Origin: an uncultured Phenylobacterium sp.
Lineage (GTDB): Bacteria; Pseudomonadota; Alphaproteobacteria; Caulobacterales; Caulobacteraceae
Assembly (NCBI GenBank): GCA_964515365.1
Contig: CAZERE010000001.1
Coordinates: 14,181-78,180 of the forward strand
Direction: 5' to 3'
Length of the DNA: 64,000 bases
Notes under the pieces: generated by a model
Seen by the model: only the letters and a program-made list of their open reading frames with translations
What the model was told of the DNA's origin: nothing
The model's database searches: none
Part shown: positions 19,175 to 35,066 of the stretch, one piece after another
How positions within the stretch are numbered: position 1 is the first letter of the stretch
How the letters are laid out: each line of letters opens with the position of its first letter
Program-made: the position numbers and the translations under genes

Positions 19175-20257
19175 ATGAAAGGACGGCTATTGGCGGTCCA
19201 CCCCGATCCGACCCAGGGCCTGGCCCTTGCGGTCGTCGCTTCCGCAACCTCGCCCCTCGTCCTGCTTGATGGCGATCTTCGCGTCCTGGGCGCCAGCACG
19301 AGCTTCTACCGCGCGTTTCACATCAAACCCGTCAGCGGGCGCGGCCAGCCCATTTTCGACATCGGCGACGGCGAGTGGAACATCCCCCAGCTCCGCTCCC
19401 TGCTGCGGGCTACGGCCGCCGGGGACGCCGAGATCGAGGCCTACGAGATGGATCTCAAAAGCCATCATGGCGAACCGCGACGTCTGGTCCTCAACGCCCA
19501 GAAACTGGCCTATGGCGACGAGGACCACGGCTACATCCTGCTGTCGGTCGCCGACGTCACCGACGCGCGGCTGGCGGCGAAGCTGAAGGACGACCTTCTG
19601 CGGGAAAAGGCGATCCTGCTGCAGGAGGTGCAGCATCGGGTCGCCAACAGCCTGCAGATCATCGCCAGCGTCATCCTGCAGAGCGCCCGCAAGGTCAGCT
19701 CCGACGAGACCCGGCTCCACCTGACCGACGCGCACAACCGGGTCATGTCCGTCGCCGCCCTGCAACACGAACTTTCCGCCGCCCGGCTCGGCCAGGTTGA
19801 GCTGCGCAGCTATTTCCGCAAGCTCTGCGACAGCATTGGCGTGTCGATGATCCACGACCACGATCAGCTGGTTCTGGAGGTCCAGGTCGATGACAGCACG
19901 AGCGAGGCCGACGTGTCCGTCAGCCTTGGCCTGATCGTGACCGAGCTGGTGATCAACTGTCTGAAGCACGCCTTTCCGGGCGGCCGGCTGGGCAAGATCG
20001 AGGTGGGCTACAACTCCCGCGGCCCCAACTGGACCCTGTCCGTGGCCGACAACGGCGTCGGCATGCCCAAGGACAAGGCCAGCGCCACCCCGGGGCTTGG
20101 CACCAGTATCGTCGACGCCCTGGCCCACCAGCTCGACGCCCGGGTCCAGGTGGCCAACGCCCATCCAGGCACGATCGTCTCGGTGGTCCACAATCAGATC
20201 GCCGCGGTCGAAGAGGATGACGAGGCGGTCCCACAGCGGTCCCAGCGAAGCGACTAG
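19175..20257 (+). CDS. Cytoplasmic PAS + HisKA_2 sensor histidine kinase
   Basis: CheR-associated-like PAS (GEWNIPQLRSLL), H-box EVQHRVANSLQ, ELVINCLKHAF, DNGVG, GLGT; start uncertain. Confidence 0.88.
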   Translation: MKGRLLAVHPDPTQGLALAVVASATSPLVLLDGDLRVLGASTSFYRAFHIKPVSGRGQPIFDIGDGEWNIPQLRSLLRATAAGDAEIEAYEMDLKSHHGEPRRLVLNAQKLAYGDEDHGYILLSVADVTDARLAAKLKDDLLREKAILLQEVQHRVANSLQIIASVILQSARKVSSDETRLHLTDAHNRVMSVAALQHELSAARLGQVELRSYFRKLCDSIGVSMIHDHDQLVLEVQVDDSTSEADVSVSLGLIVTELVINCLKHAFPGGRLGKIEVGYNSRGPNWTLSVADNGVGMPKDKASATPGLGTSIVDALAHQLDARVQVANAHPGTIVSVVHNQIAAVEEDDEAVPQRSQRSD

Positions 20258-20440
20258 GGCTGATCAGCGGCCCACGACGCCGATGCCAGCGGCCTGTCGG
20301 AACGGGCGCCGTTTCGTCCTCCCATCGGGACGGACGCCATCCGCCTCCAGGCGCCCCCACCGACAGCTGGGGCGTGAGAGGGCATGTGCGGCCCAGGCGG
20401 GCGCCGCCGCAATAAATGGCCCCTCGCAACCTGAGCCATA

Positions 20441-20465
20441 GGAACGAAGCGGGGGGGCGCCTGTT
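20441..20465 (+). promoter_or_regulatory. SigT/EcfG-type promoter of the glgE operon
   Basis: GGAAC-N16-TGTT, about 30 bp before glgE. Confidence 0.7.
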
Positions 20466-20493
20466 GTGATGGCATGCCATTCCCAGAGGGACG

Positions 20494-23400
20494 ATGACCC
20501 CCGCACAATCTTCGCGCGCTGCTCCGCCGCGCATCTACTACGTCCACCCTCTTGCGATTCATGGCGACGGACCGGCCGCGCAGGTGGCCGAGAGGGCCGC
20601 TGATCTCGGCTTCGACCACCTTCTGATCGCGCCCATCTTCCAGCAGGGCGGCTTCCAGCAGGGCGGCGATGTCTTCCGGCCTCGCAATCATGACGTTTCC
20701 AGTCTCGGGGACGTCCCGACAGCCGCCGCAATCGCTGATCTGGCGGCGGCCTGTCAGCCGCACGGATTGCGGTTGCTGATGGACCTGGACCTGGTGCGGT
20801 TCGACGCCGAGCACCCGCTGGTGGCGGCCCAGCCGGACGCCTTCACCCTGCGACGGGAAGCGCCCGCCGACCGGCCCATCGATCCGCGGGTCGCCTCGCC
20901 GCCCCAGGGCGTGGCCCTGGCCCGATTGCGGGAGCCAGCCGCCTGCGAAGCCGTGATCGACTGGATCGCAGGCCGCGCCGAAGCCTGGATCGAGGCCGGC
21001 CTGGACGGCTTCCGCCTGCTGGAGCTCAGGCAGGCGCCGCCGGAGGTCTGGACCCGCCTTATCGCCCGGCTGCGCAAGGTCAGACCAGACCTGATCCTCA
21101 TCGCCGACACGCCGGGCATGGACCGCGAGGCGGCCCTCGCCCTGGCGCCCTGTGGTTTCGACGCCCTGATCTCCTCGGTCGCCTGGTGGGACGGCCGCGC
21201 GCCATGGCTCGTCGAAGAGCACGAGGACCTGCGCCTCATCGCGCCGCTGATCGCCCAGCCCGAAGCGCCCTTTGGCCCGCGCCTGGCCACACGCCTGCCG
21301 GCCGAGGCCGACACCCGCTCTGGCTATGTTCGGGCGCTGCGGCTGGCGGCCGCCACCGGCTCGGGCCTGCTGCTGCCCATGGGCTTTGAATCGGCCGAGC
21401 GCATGCCGTTGGGAAGCGCGACGCCGCTCCCCGCGGACGAGGGCGACCTGGCCCCGGAGGTGCGCGCCGCCAACCGCCTGGTGGCCGAGCTTGCGCCATT
21501 CGAGGGCGAGATGCGGATGCTGACCGGTCCTGGCGCGCCCGCCACGGCCCTGCTGCGCGCCAGCGGCTCTGACCTGCGCACCGCCGAAGGCGCTGTTCTG
21601 GTGCTGATCAACAGGTCGCTTGCCGAGACGGTCGACCTCGACCGCGGAGAGATCCTGCCCGCGGCCGGGGCGTTCGGCCCCTTCGAGGCGATGGACGGCC
21701 GGGAAGAACCCTTCGAGCCCCTCGCCCCCGGCGAAGTTCGTCTGCTGGGCGCCAGGCGCAGCCCCCCCATTCGCGTCCAGAGCCGCGCCGGCCGCCAGGG
21801 CGCGAAGACCGCGGCCAAGGCGCCGCGGCTGGTGATCGAAGAGGTGTCCCCCCGGGTCAGCGGCGGCCCCTTCGCCGCCAAGCGCATCGTCGGCGAGACC
21901 GTCGAGGTCGGCGCCGCCATCTATGGCGATGGGCACGAAGAGCTCGCGGTCGAACTCCGCTGGCGGGCCACAGACGGCGAGGCCTGGTCCTCGACCCGCA
22001 TGACCGAGCTCGGCAACGACGAGTGGAGCGGGCGCTTCCCGCTGGAGCGCATGGGCCGCCACCAGTTCGTCATCGAGGCCTGGATCGACCGGTACGGCTC
22101 CTACCATCACGGCCTGGAGAAGAAGATCGAGGCCGGCGTGGCGCAGGGGGTCGATCTGGACGAAGGCCGCCAGCTGATCGCCGAAGCCGCCAAGGGCGAC
22201 GGCACGGGCACACTGGCCAAGATCGCTGAAAAGCTCTCGACCCTCGACCCCGACGCGGCCGGCCAGCTTCTGCTCGATCCCGAGACCTCGCGCCTGATGG
22301 ATCAGGCCCAGGATCGGGCCTTCGCCTGCAAGAGCGAGGCCTACTGTATCGACGCCGAGCGGCGCGAGGCCCTGTTCGCCAGCTGGTACGAGCTCTTCCC
22401 CCGCTCGCAGACCGACGACCCGGCTCGCCACGGAACCTTCGACGATGTCATCGCCCGCCTGCCGGCCATCCGGGCCATGGGCTTCGACGTGCTTTACTTC
22501 CCGCCGATCCATCCGATCGGCCAGCGCCATCGCAAGGGCAAGAACAACAGCCTGACCGCTGGCCCCGACGATCCGGGCAGCCCCTACGCCATCGGCGCCG
22601 CCGAGGGCGGGCACGACGCCATTCACCCCGAACTCGGGACCTTCGACGACTTCCGCCGGCTGATCGCCGCGGCCCATGACCATGGGCTGGAGATCGCGCT
22701 CGACTTCGCCATCCAGTGCTCCCCCGACCATCCCTGGATCAAAGATCACCCGGGCTGGTTCGACTGGCGCTCGGACGGGACCATCAAGTACGCCGAGAAC
22801 CCGCCCAAGAAGTACCAGGACATCGTCAATGTGGACTTCTACAGGTCCGAGGCGATCCCCGACCTGTGGCTCGCCCTGCGCGACGTGGTGCTGCTCTGGG
22901 TGCGCGAGGGCGTCCGCACCTTCCGCGTCGACAACCCCCACACCAAGCCCTTCGCCTTCTGGGAGTGGATGATCCGTGAGGTGCGCACCGCCCATCCCGA
23001 CGTCATCTTCCTGTCGGAGGCCTTCACCCGCCCGCGGGTCATGTACCGGCTGGCCAAGATCGGCTTCTCGCAGTCCTACACCTACTTCACCTGGCGCCAC
23101 ACCAAGGCGGAGTTCACCGACTATCTGACGGAGCTGACCACGACGGAGCCGAAGGAGTTCTTCCGGCCCAACTTCTTCGTCAACACGCCCGACATCAATC
23201 CCTACTTCCTGCAGAGCTCGGGCCGGGCGGGATTCCTGATCCGTGCGGCCCTGGCTGCCACCCTGTCGGGCCTGTGGGGGGTCTATTCCGGTTTCGAACT
23301 GCTGGAGGGCGAGCCCGTCCCCGGCAAGGAGGAATACAAGGACTCCGAGAAGTACGAGATCCGGCCGCGCGACTGGAGCGCGCCGGGCATCATCCCGCAG

Positions 23401-23739
23401 ATCAGCCAGCTGAACCGCCTGCGCAAGAGCCACCCGGCCCTGCAGACCCATCTGAACGTCACGTTCCTGCCGGCGACCAACGACAACATTCTGTTCTACG
23501 CCAAGACCAGTCCGGGCGGCGGCGACCTCATCCTGGTCGCCATTAATCTCGATCCCCACGGCGCCCACGAGGCCGATGTGGAGGCGCCATTCTGGATGCT
23601 CGGCCTGGCCGATGACGCCACCGCCCAGGTGGACAACCTGCTCACCGGCCAGGGCTTCGCCTGGCAGGGCAAGTGGCGACGCATCGCCCTTGATCCCGAC
23701 CAGCCCTATCTCATTTTTCGTATGGAGGCCCCGCGATGA
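20494..23739 (+). CDS. glgE: Alpha-1,4-glucan:maltose-1-phosphate maltosyltransferase, long form with a degenerate N-terminal GH13 domain
   Basis: SWYELFPRS, YAENPPKKYQDI, FRVDNPHTKP, FLSEAF, NTPDI. Confidence 0.95.
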   Translation: MTPAQSSRAAPPRIYYVHPLAIHGDGPAAQVAERAADLGFDHLLIAPIFQQGGFQQGGDVFRPRNHDVSSLGDVPTAAAIADLAAACQPHGLRLLMDLDLVRFDAEHPLVAAQPDAFTLRREAPADRPIDPRVASPPQGVALARLREPAACEAVIDWIAGRAEAWIEAGLDGFRLLELRQAPPEVWTRLIARLRKVRPDLILIADTPGMDREAALALAPCGFDALISSVAWWDGRAPWLVEEHEDLRLIAPLIAQPEAPFGPRLATRLPAEADTRSGYVRALRLAAATGSGLLLPMGFESAERMPLGSATPLPADEGDLAPEVRAANRLVAELAPFEGEMRMLTGPGAPATALLRASGSDLRTAEGAVLVLINRSLAETVDLDRGEILPAAGAFGPFEAMDGREEPFEPLAPGEVRLLGARRSPPIRVQSRAGRQGAKTAAKAPRLVIEEVSPRVSGGPFAAKRIVGETVEVGAAIYGDGHEELAVELRWRATDGEAWSSTRMTELGNDEWSGRFPLERMGRHQFVIEAWIDRYGSYHHGLEKKIEAGVAQGVDLDEGRQLIAEAAKGDGTGTLAKIAEKLSTLDPDAAGQLLLDPETSRLMDQAQDRAFACKSEAYCIDAERREALFASWYELFPRSQTDDPARHGTFDDVIARLPAIRAMGFDVLYFPPIHPIGQRHRKGKNNSLTAGPDDPGSPYAIGAAEGGHDAIHPELGTFDDFRRLIAAAHDHGLEIALDFAIQCSPDHPWIKDHPGWFDWRSDGTIKYAENPPKKYQDIVNVDFYRSEAIPDLWLALRDVVLLWVREGVRTFRVDNPHTKPFAFWEWMIREVRTAHPDVIFLSEAFTRPRVMYRLAKIGFSQSYTYFTWRHTKAEFTDYLTELTTTEPKEFFRPNFFVNTPDINPYFLQSSGRAGFLIRAALAATLSGLWGVYSGFELLEGEPVPGKEEYKDSEKYEIRPRDWSAPGIIPQISQLNRLRKSHPALQTHLNVTFLPATNDNILFYAKTSPGGGDLILVAINLDPHGAHEADVEAPFWMLGLADDATAQVDNLLTGQGFAWQGKWRRIALDPDQPYLIFRMEAPR
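20638..20667 (+). repeat. Perfect 15-bp in-frame tandem duplication
   Basis: TTCCAGCAGGGCGGC x2 (FQQGG FQQGG). Confidence 0.9.
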
Positions 23740-26700
23740 GCGTCGCCTATCTCGCTGACGATCACGCGGCCGATCCCGCCCAGACCGCCGACCCCCAGTG
23801 GTACAAGGATGCGGTCATCTACCAGCTGCATGTGAAGTCGTTCTTCGACGCCAATGATGACGGCGTCGGCGACTTTGCGGGCCTGTCGGCCAAGCTCGAC
23901 TATATCGCCAGCCTCGGCGTCACCGCCATCTGGCTGCTGCCCTTTTATCCGTCCCCGCGCCGGGACGATGGCTATGACATCGCCGACTATCGCGGCGTCC
24001 ACCCGGAATACGGCGACTTCGACGACGTGAAGCGCTTCATCGACGAGGCGCACGGCCGCGGGATGAGGGTCATCACCGAACTGGTGATCAACCACACCTC
24101 CGACCAGCACCCCTGGTTCCAGGCCGCCCGGCGCGCGCCGCCGGGCTCGCCGGAGCGGGACTTCTATGTCTGGTCCGACAACGACGCCGACTACAGCGGC
24201 ACGCGGATCATCTTCCTGGACACCGAGAGCTCCAACTGGAGCTGGGACCCGGTGGCCGGCGCCTATTACTGGCACCGGTTCTACAGTCATCAGCCGGACC
24301 TGAACTTCGACAATCCCAAGGTCCTGGAAGAGATCCTTTCGGTCATGCGCTACTGGCTGGAGGCCGGGGTCGACGGCCTGCGGCTCGACGCCATCCCCTA
24401 TCTGATCGAGCGGGAGGGCACCAACAACGAGAACCTGCCCGAGACCCACGACGTCCTGAAGGCCATCCGCGCCCATCTGGACGAGCACTTCGACGACCGC
24501 ATGCTCCTGGCCGAGGCCAACCAGTGGCCGGAGGACACCCAGCAGTATTTCGGCGACGGCGACGAATGCCACATGGCGTTCCACTTCCCCCTGATGCCGC
24601 GCATGTACATGGCCATCGCCCAGGAGGATCGCTTCCCGATCACCGACATCATGCGCCAGACCCCGGACATTCCGGAGGCCTGCCAGTGGGCGATCTTCCT
24701 GCGCAACCATGACGAGCTGACCCTCGAAATGGTCACCAACAAGGAGCGGGACTACCTCTGGAGCGTCTACGCCTCGGAGAGCCGCGCGCGGATCAATCTC
24801 GGCATCCGCCGCCGCCTTGCGCCCCTGATGGAGCGCGATCGCCGCCGCGTCGAGCTCATGAACTGCATGCTGCTGACCATGCCCGGCACGCCGGTGATCT
24901 ATTACGGCGACGAGCTCGGCATGGGCGACAACATCTATCTGGGCGACCGCGATGGCGTGCGCACGCCCATGCAATGGTCGCCCGACCGCAACGGCGGCTT
25001 CTCCCGCGCCGACCCGGCCAGCCTCGTCCTGCCGGCGATCATGGACCCGCTCTATGGCTTCCAGGCGATCAATGTCGAGGCCCAGAGCCGCGACAGCCAC
25101 TCGCTGCTGAACTGGCTGCGCCGGATGCTGGCGGTCCGCCAGCGCCACAGCGCCTTTGGGCGCGGGACGCTGCGTTTCCTGCGGCCGCAGAACCGCAAGG
25201 TCATGGCCTATCTGCGCGAGCACGACGGGGACACCATCCTGTGCGTCGCAAACCTGGCCCGCACCGCCCAGGCGGTCGAGCTCGATCTCTCGGAGTTCGC
25301 CGGTTGGACGCCGATGGAGATGTCGGGCAGCACGCCCTTCCCGCCCATCGGCCATCTCACCTATCTGCTGACCCTGCCCCCATACGGCTTCCACTGGTTC
25401 CAGCTCTGCGAAGGGACCGAGGGGCCAAGCTGGAGCACGGCGCCCAGCGGCATCCAGGCCGAACAGCACACCTTCGTCCTCCGGGGCGATGTGGCCACCC
25501 TGGTGGAGCCGCCTCACCGGGCGGTGCTGGAGTCCGAGGTGCTGCCGAACTGGATGAGCGGCCGACGCTGGTTCCAAGGCAAGGACGCCGAGCTGATCGC
25601 CACCCGCGTGAAGGGCTTCTCCCCCCTGCCCGGGGCGTCGAACCAGATCCTGGCTGAGCTTGAGGTCGAGACCTCCACCGGGGCCTCCGCCTATCTCGTC
25701 CCCCTGGGCGTGGCCTGGGAAGACGATGTCGGCGACCCCTACGCCCACAGCTTCGCCATGGCGCGCGTGCGCCGGGGCGCCCGGGTCGGCGATCTGACCG
25801 ACGGCTTCCTGACGACGGAGTTCGTCCGCTCGGTCATGGCCGGCCTGCGGACCAACGCCAGGCTCGCCTCCCCCTTCGGCGACATCGAGTTCACCTCGGC
25901 GGCGTTCGAGGCCGGGGACGACGCCGAGATCGAATGGTCGTCAGCCGAGCAGAGCAACAGCTCGGTGATCATCGGCCGCGAAATCGTCCTGAAACTGCTG
26001 CGCAAGGTGACGCCCGGCGTTCATCCCGAAGCCGAGATGACCCGCGTGCTCAGCGCGCGGGGCTATCCCCACGTGCCGGCCTTTGTGGGCGAGGTTCGGC
26101 GCATCGCCCCCGATGGCGCGCCGCACACCCTGATGGTTGCTCAGGCCTTCATCTACAGTCAGGGAGATGGCTGGGACTGGACGCAGGACTACCTCCACCG
26201 TGTGATCGACGATCTGGTCCTGGCCAACGACCAGAACACCGCCCCGGACTTCGCCTCCTATGCCGAGTTCGCCCGTATTCTGGGCCGCAGCCTGGCCGAG
26301 ATGCATGAGGTCCTGGCCCAGCCCTGCGACGACCCGGCCTTCGCGCCTGAGATCATGGACGCCGAGGCCGTCGACGCGGTGCGCGCCAGCGTCATGGCGC
26401 AGGTCGACGGCGCCCTGGCCGTGCTGGGAAAGGGCGGCGATTGGACCGAAAACCTTGGTCAAACCGCCGAGGCCATCCTGCAGCGCCGCAGCGAACTGGG
26501 TGAGGCCGTTAGCCGCCTTTCCCGCGCCGCCGCAGGCCAGGTGCGCACCCGCATCCATGGGGATCTTCACCTCGGCCAGGTGCTGGTCACCGGCGGCGGC
26601 GTCACCTTCATCGACTTCGAGGGTGAGCCCGCAAAACCCCTGGAGGTCCGCCGCGCCAAGGCCAGCCCCCTGCGCGATGTGGCCGGCATGCTGCGGTCCT

Positions 26701-26986
26701 TCGACTATGCCGCAGCGCTGGGGGCCGTCGCCGCGGCCAATGTGGCCCAGGGCGTTCAGGATCGCGCGGTCGATGTGGTGGGCCAGTTCGAGTCCGTCGC
26801 CAGCCAGGCCTTCCTGGAGGGCTACGGCGAGGTGGCCGGCGCGTTCCCGGCCGAACTGCTCGACCTCTTCCTCCTGGAAAAGGCGGCCTACGAGGTCAGC
26901 TACGAGGCGGCCAACCGCCCGGCCTGGCTGGGCACGCCCCTTCAGGGCCTGGCCGTGACGGTGGATCGGCTGCTGGGTGGCGACCA

Positions 26987-26990
<4 letters not shown>
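23736..26990 (+). CDS. treS: Trehalose synthase-maltokinase fusion
   Basis: [29 protein letters not shown]; C-terminal [23 protein letters not shown]. Confidence 0.96.
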
Positions 26991-33035
<6,045 letters not shown>

Positions 33036-33039
<4 letters not shown>

Positions 33040-35066
33040 GCGAGGCGGAGCTTGAGGCCTTCGCGACCGAGGCCGGCGTCCTTATCGAGTGGGAAGACGT
33101 CCATGGGGCGCCAAGGCGCACGCCGCCCGAGACCCTGCGCGCCGTGCTGGCGGCTCTTGGCCTGCCCGCCTCCACCGCGGCCGAACTCCAGGATAGCCGC
33201 CGGCTTCTGTCCTCGGCGCCGCCGCCGGACTTTATCACCGCGCAGGTGGGCCAGCCCTTCCAGCCCCTTGGCGTTCCGTGTGGCGAGCGCGCCCGGCTTC
33301 TGAGCGAAGACGGCGAGATCGTAGACCTCGCCCTTGACCCGGAGACCGGCTTCACACGCCAAGGCGTAGACATTCCTGGCTATCACCGCCTGGAGATCGC
33401 CGGCCGGGAGATCACCGTCGCCGTAGCCCCGGCGCAGGCCTTTGGTCTGGACGATCTGGCGCCCGACCGGCGCCTCTGGGGTCTGGCGGTGCAGCTCTAT
33501 TCCCTGCGTGGCCGCAGCCCGCGACCGTTCGGCGACTTCGGCGATCTCGCCGGCTTCGGCGACGCCGCCGGGCGCCGCGGCGCCGCGGCCCTGGCCATCA
33601 GCCCGGTCCATGCTCTGTTCGCCGCCGACGCCGAACGGTTCAGTCCCTATGCCCCCTCCAGCCGCCTGTTCCTGAACGGCCTCTATGCCGATCCCGCCGC
33701 AGTCCTGGGCGAGGAGCTTGGCGACCTGGGGCCTCAGCCGGCCGACGGCGATCTGGTGGGATGGTCGACCGCCATCCCGCAGCGCGTGGCCGCCCTGCGT
33801 CGAGTCCATGCGCGGTTCAGGGCCTCAGCCCCCGCCGATCTGAAGGCCGATCTGCTGAGCTTCGAAGCCGAGGGCGGCGGGGATCTGCGCGGTCATGCCC
33901 GGTTCGAGGCGATCCATGGGACGTTCTTCACCCGCGACGGCGCCCGGGGCTGGCCGGAATGGCCGCAGGCCTTCCATGATGCGGCAAGTCCGGCCGTGGC
34001 CGCCTTCGCCGCCGAGCACGCCGACGAGGTGGCCTTTCACATCTTTGTCCAATGGCTCGCCGACCGGAGCCTGGCCCGCGCCCAGACGGCCGCCCGGGCC
34101 GCCGGCATGCCGGTGGGCCTGATCACCGATGTCGCGGTCGGCATGGATCCCGGCGGCAGCCACGCCTGGTCGCGGCCGCAGGATCTGCTGGCCGGCCTCA
34201 ATATCGGCGCGCCGCCGGACGCCTTCCAGGCCAATGGCCAGGACTGGGGGGTCACCACCTTCTCGCCCCGCGCGCTCGCCGCCAGCGGCTATGAGGGCTT
34301 CCTCGCCACCCTGCGCTCGGCCATGCGCCATGCCGGCGGGGTGAGGATCGATCACATCCTGGGCCTGCGACGTCTCTGGGTCGTGCCCCATGGGGCGGGG
34401 CCGACCGAGGGCGCCTACCTCACCTATCCCATGCAGGACCTGATGCGGCTGATCGCCATCGAGTCCCACCGCCACGGCGTCCTGGTGGTGGGCGAAGACC
34501 TGGGCACGGTGCCGGCGGGCCTGCGCGAAACCCTGGACGAGGGCGGCGTGCGCGGCATGCAGGTGCTGCTCTTCGAGCAGGACGAGACAGGCGCGTTCAA
34601 GCCGCCGGAGCAATGGTCGCCCCGGGCCTGCGCCATGACCACCACCCATGACCTGCCCCCCATCGCCGGCTGGTGGCGCGGGACCGACATCGACTGGCGC
34701 GTCCGACTGGAGCCTGACATCGAGGGCGAACAGGCGCTGGCCTTGCGGTCGGAGCGCGAGGCGCAGCGGACCGCCCTGTGGGCCGCCTTCTGTCAGGCCG
34801 GCTGCGCCGAGGGCGATCGCCCGCCCGCAGAACAGACCGACCCCGTCGTCGACGCCGCGATCGGCTTCCTGGCCAGGACGCGCTCCGAACTCGCCATCCT
34901 GCCCATCGAGGACCTGCTGGGCCTGGAGGCGCAGCCCAACCTGCCCGGCACCACCACCGAACACCCCAATTGGCGGCGACGCCTGGCGGGGCCGGCCGAG
35001 GCGCTGTTCGATGCGCCAGGTCCGGCCGGCCGGATTGCGAGCCTGAACAAAGAGCGGCCGCGATGA
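33036..35066 (+). CDS. malQ: 4-alpha-glucanotransferase (amylomaltase)
   Basis: SPYAPSSR, DVAVG, GAPPD, RIDHILG, GEDLG, TTHDLP. Confidence 0.95.

Noticed and set aside
20451-20457. G7 tract in the glgE promoter spacer (and G7 at 47524-47530) as phase-variation sites
   Set aside because: Seven G's is short and unremarkable at this GC content; no evidence of length variation.
20254-23568. Very long antisense ORFs (1104 aa here; also 44013-46898, 23706-25748, 53056-55059, 2495-4459)
   Set aside because: Shadow frames opposite well-supported genes, expected from strong GC3 bias; no recognisable motifs.
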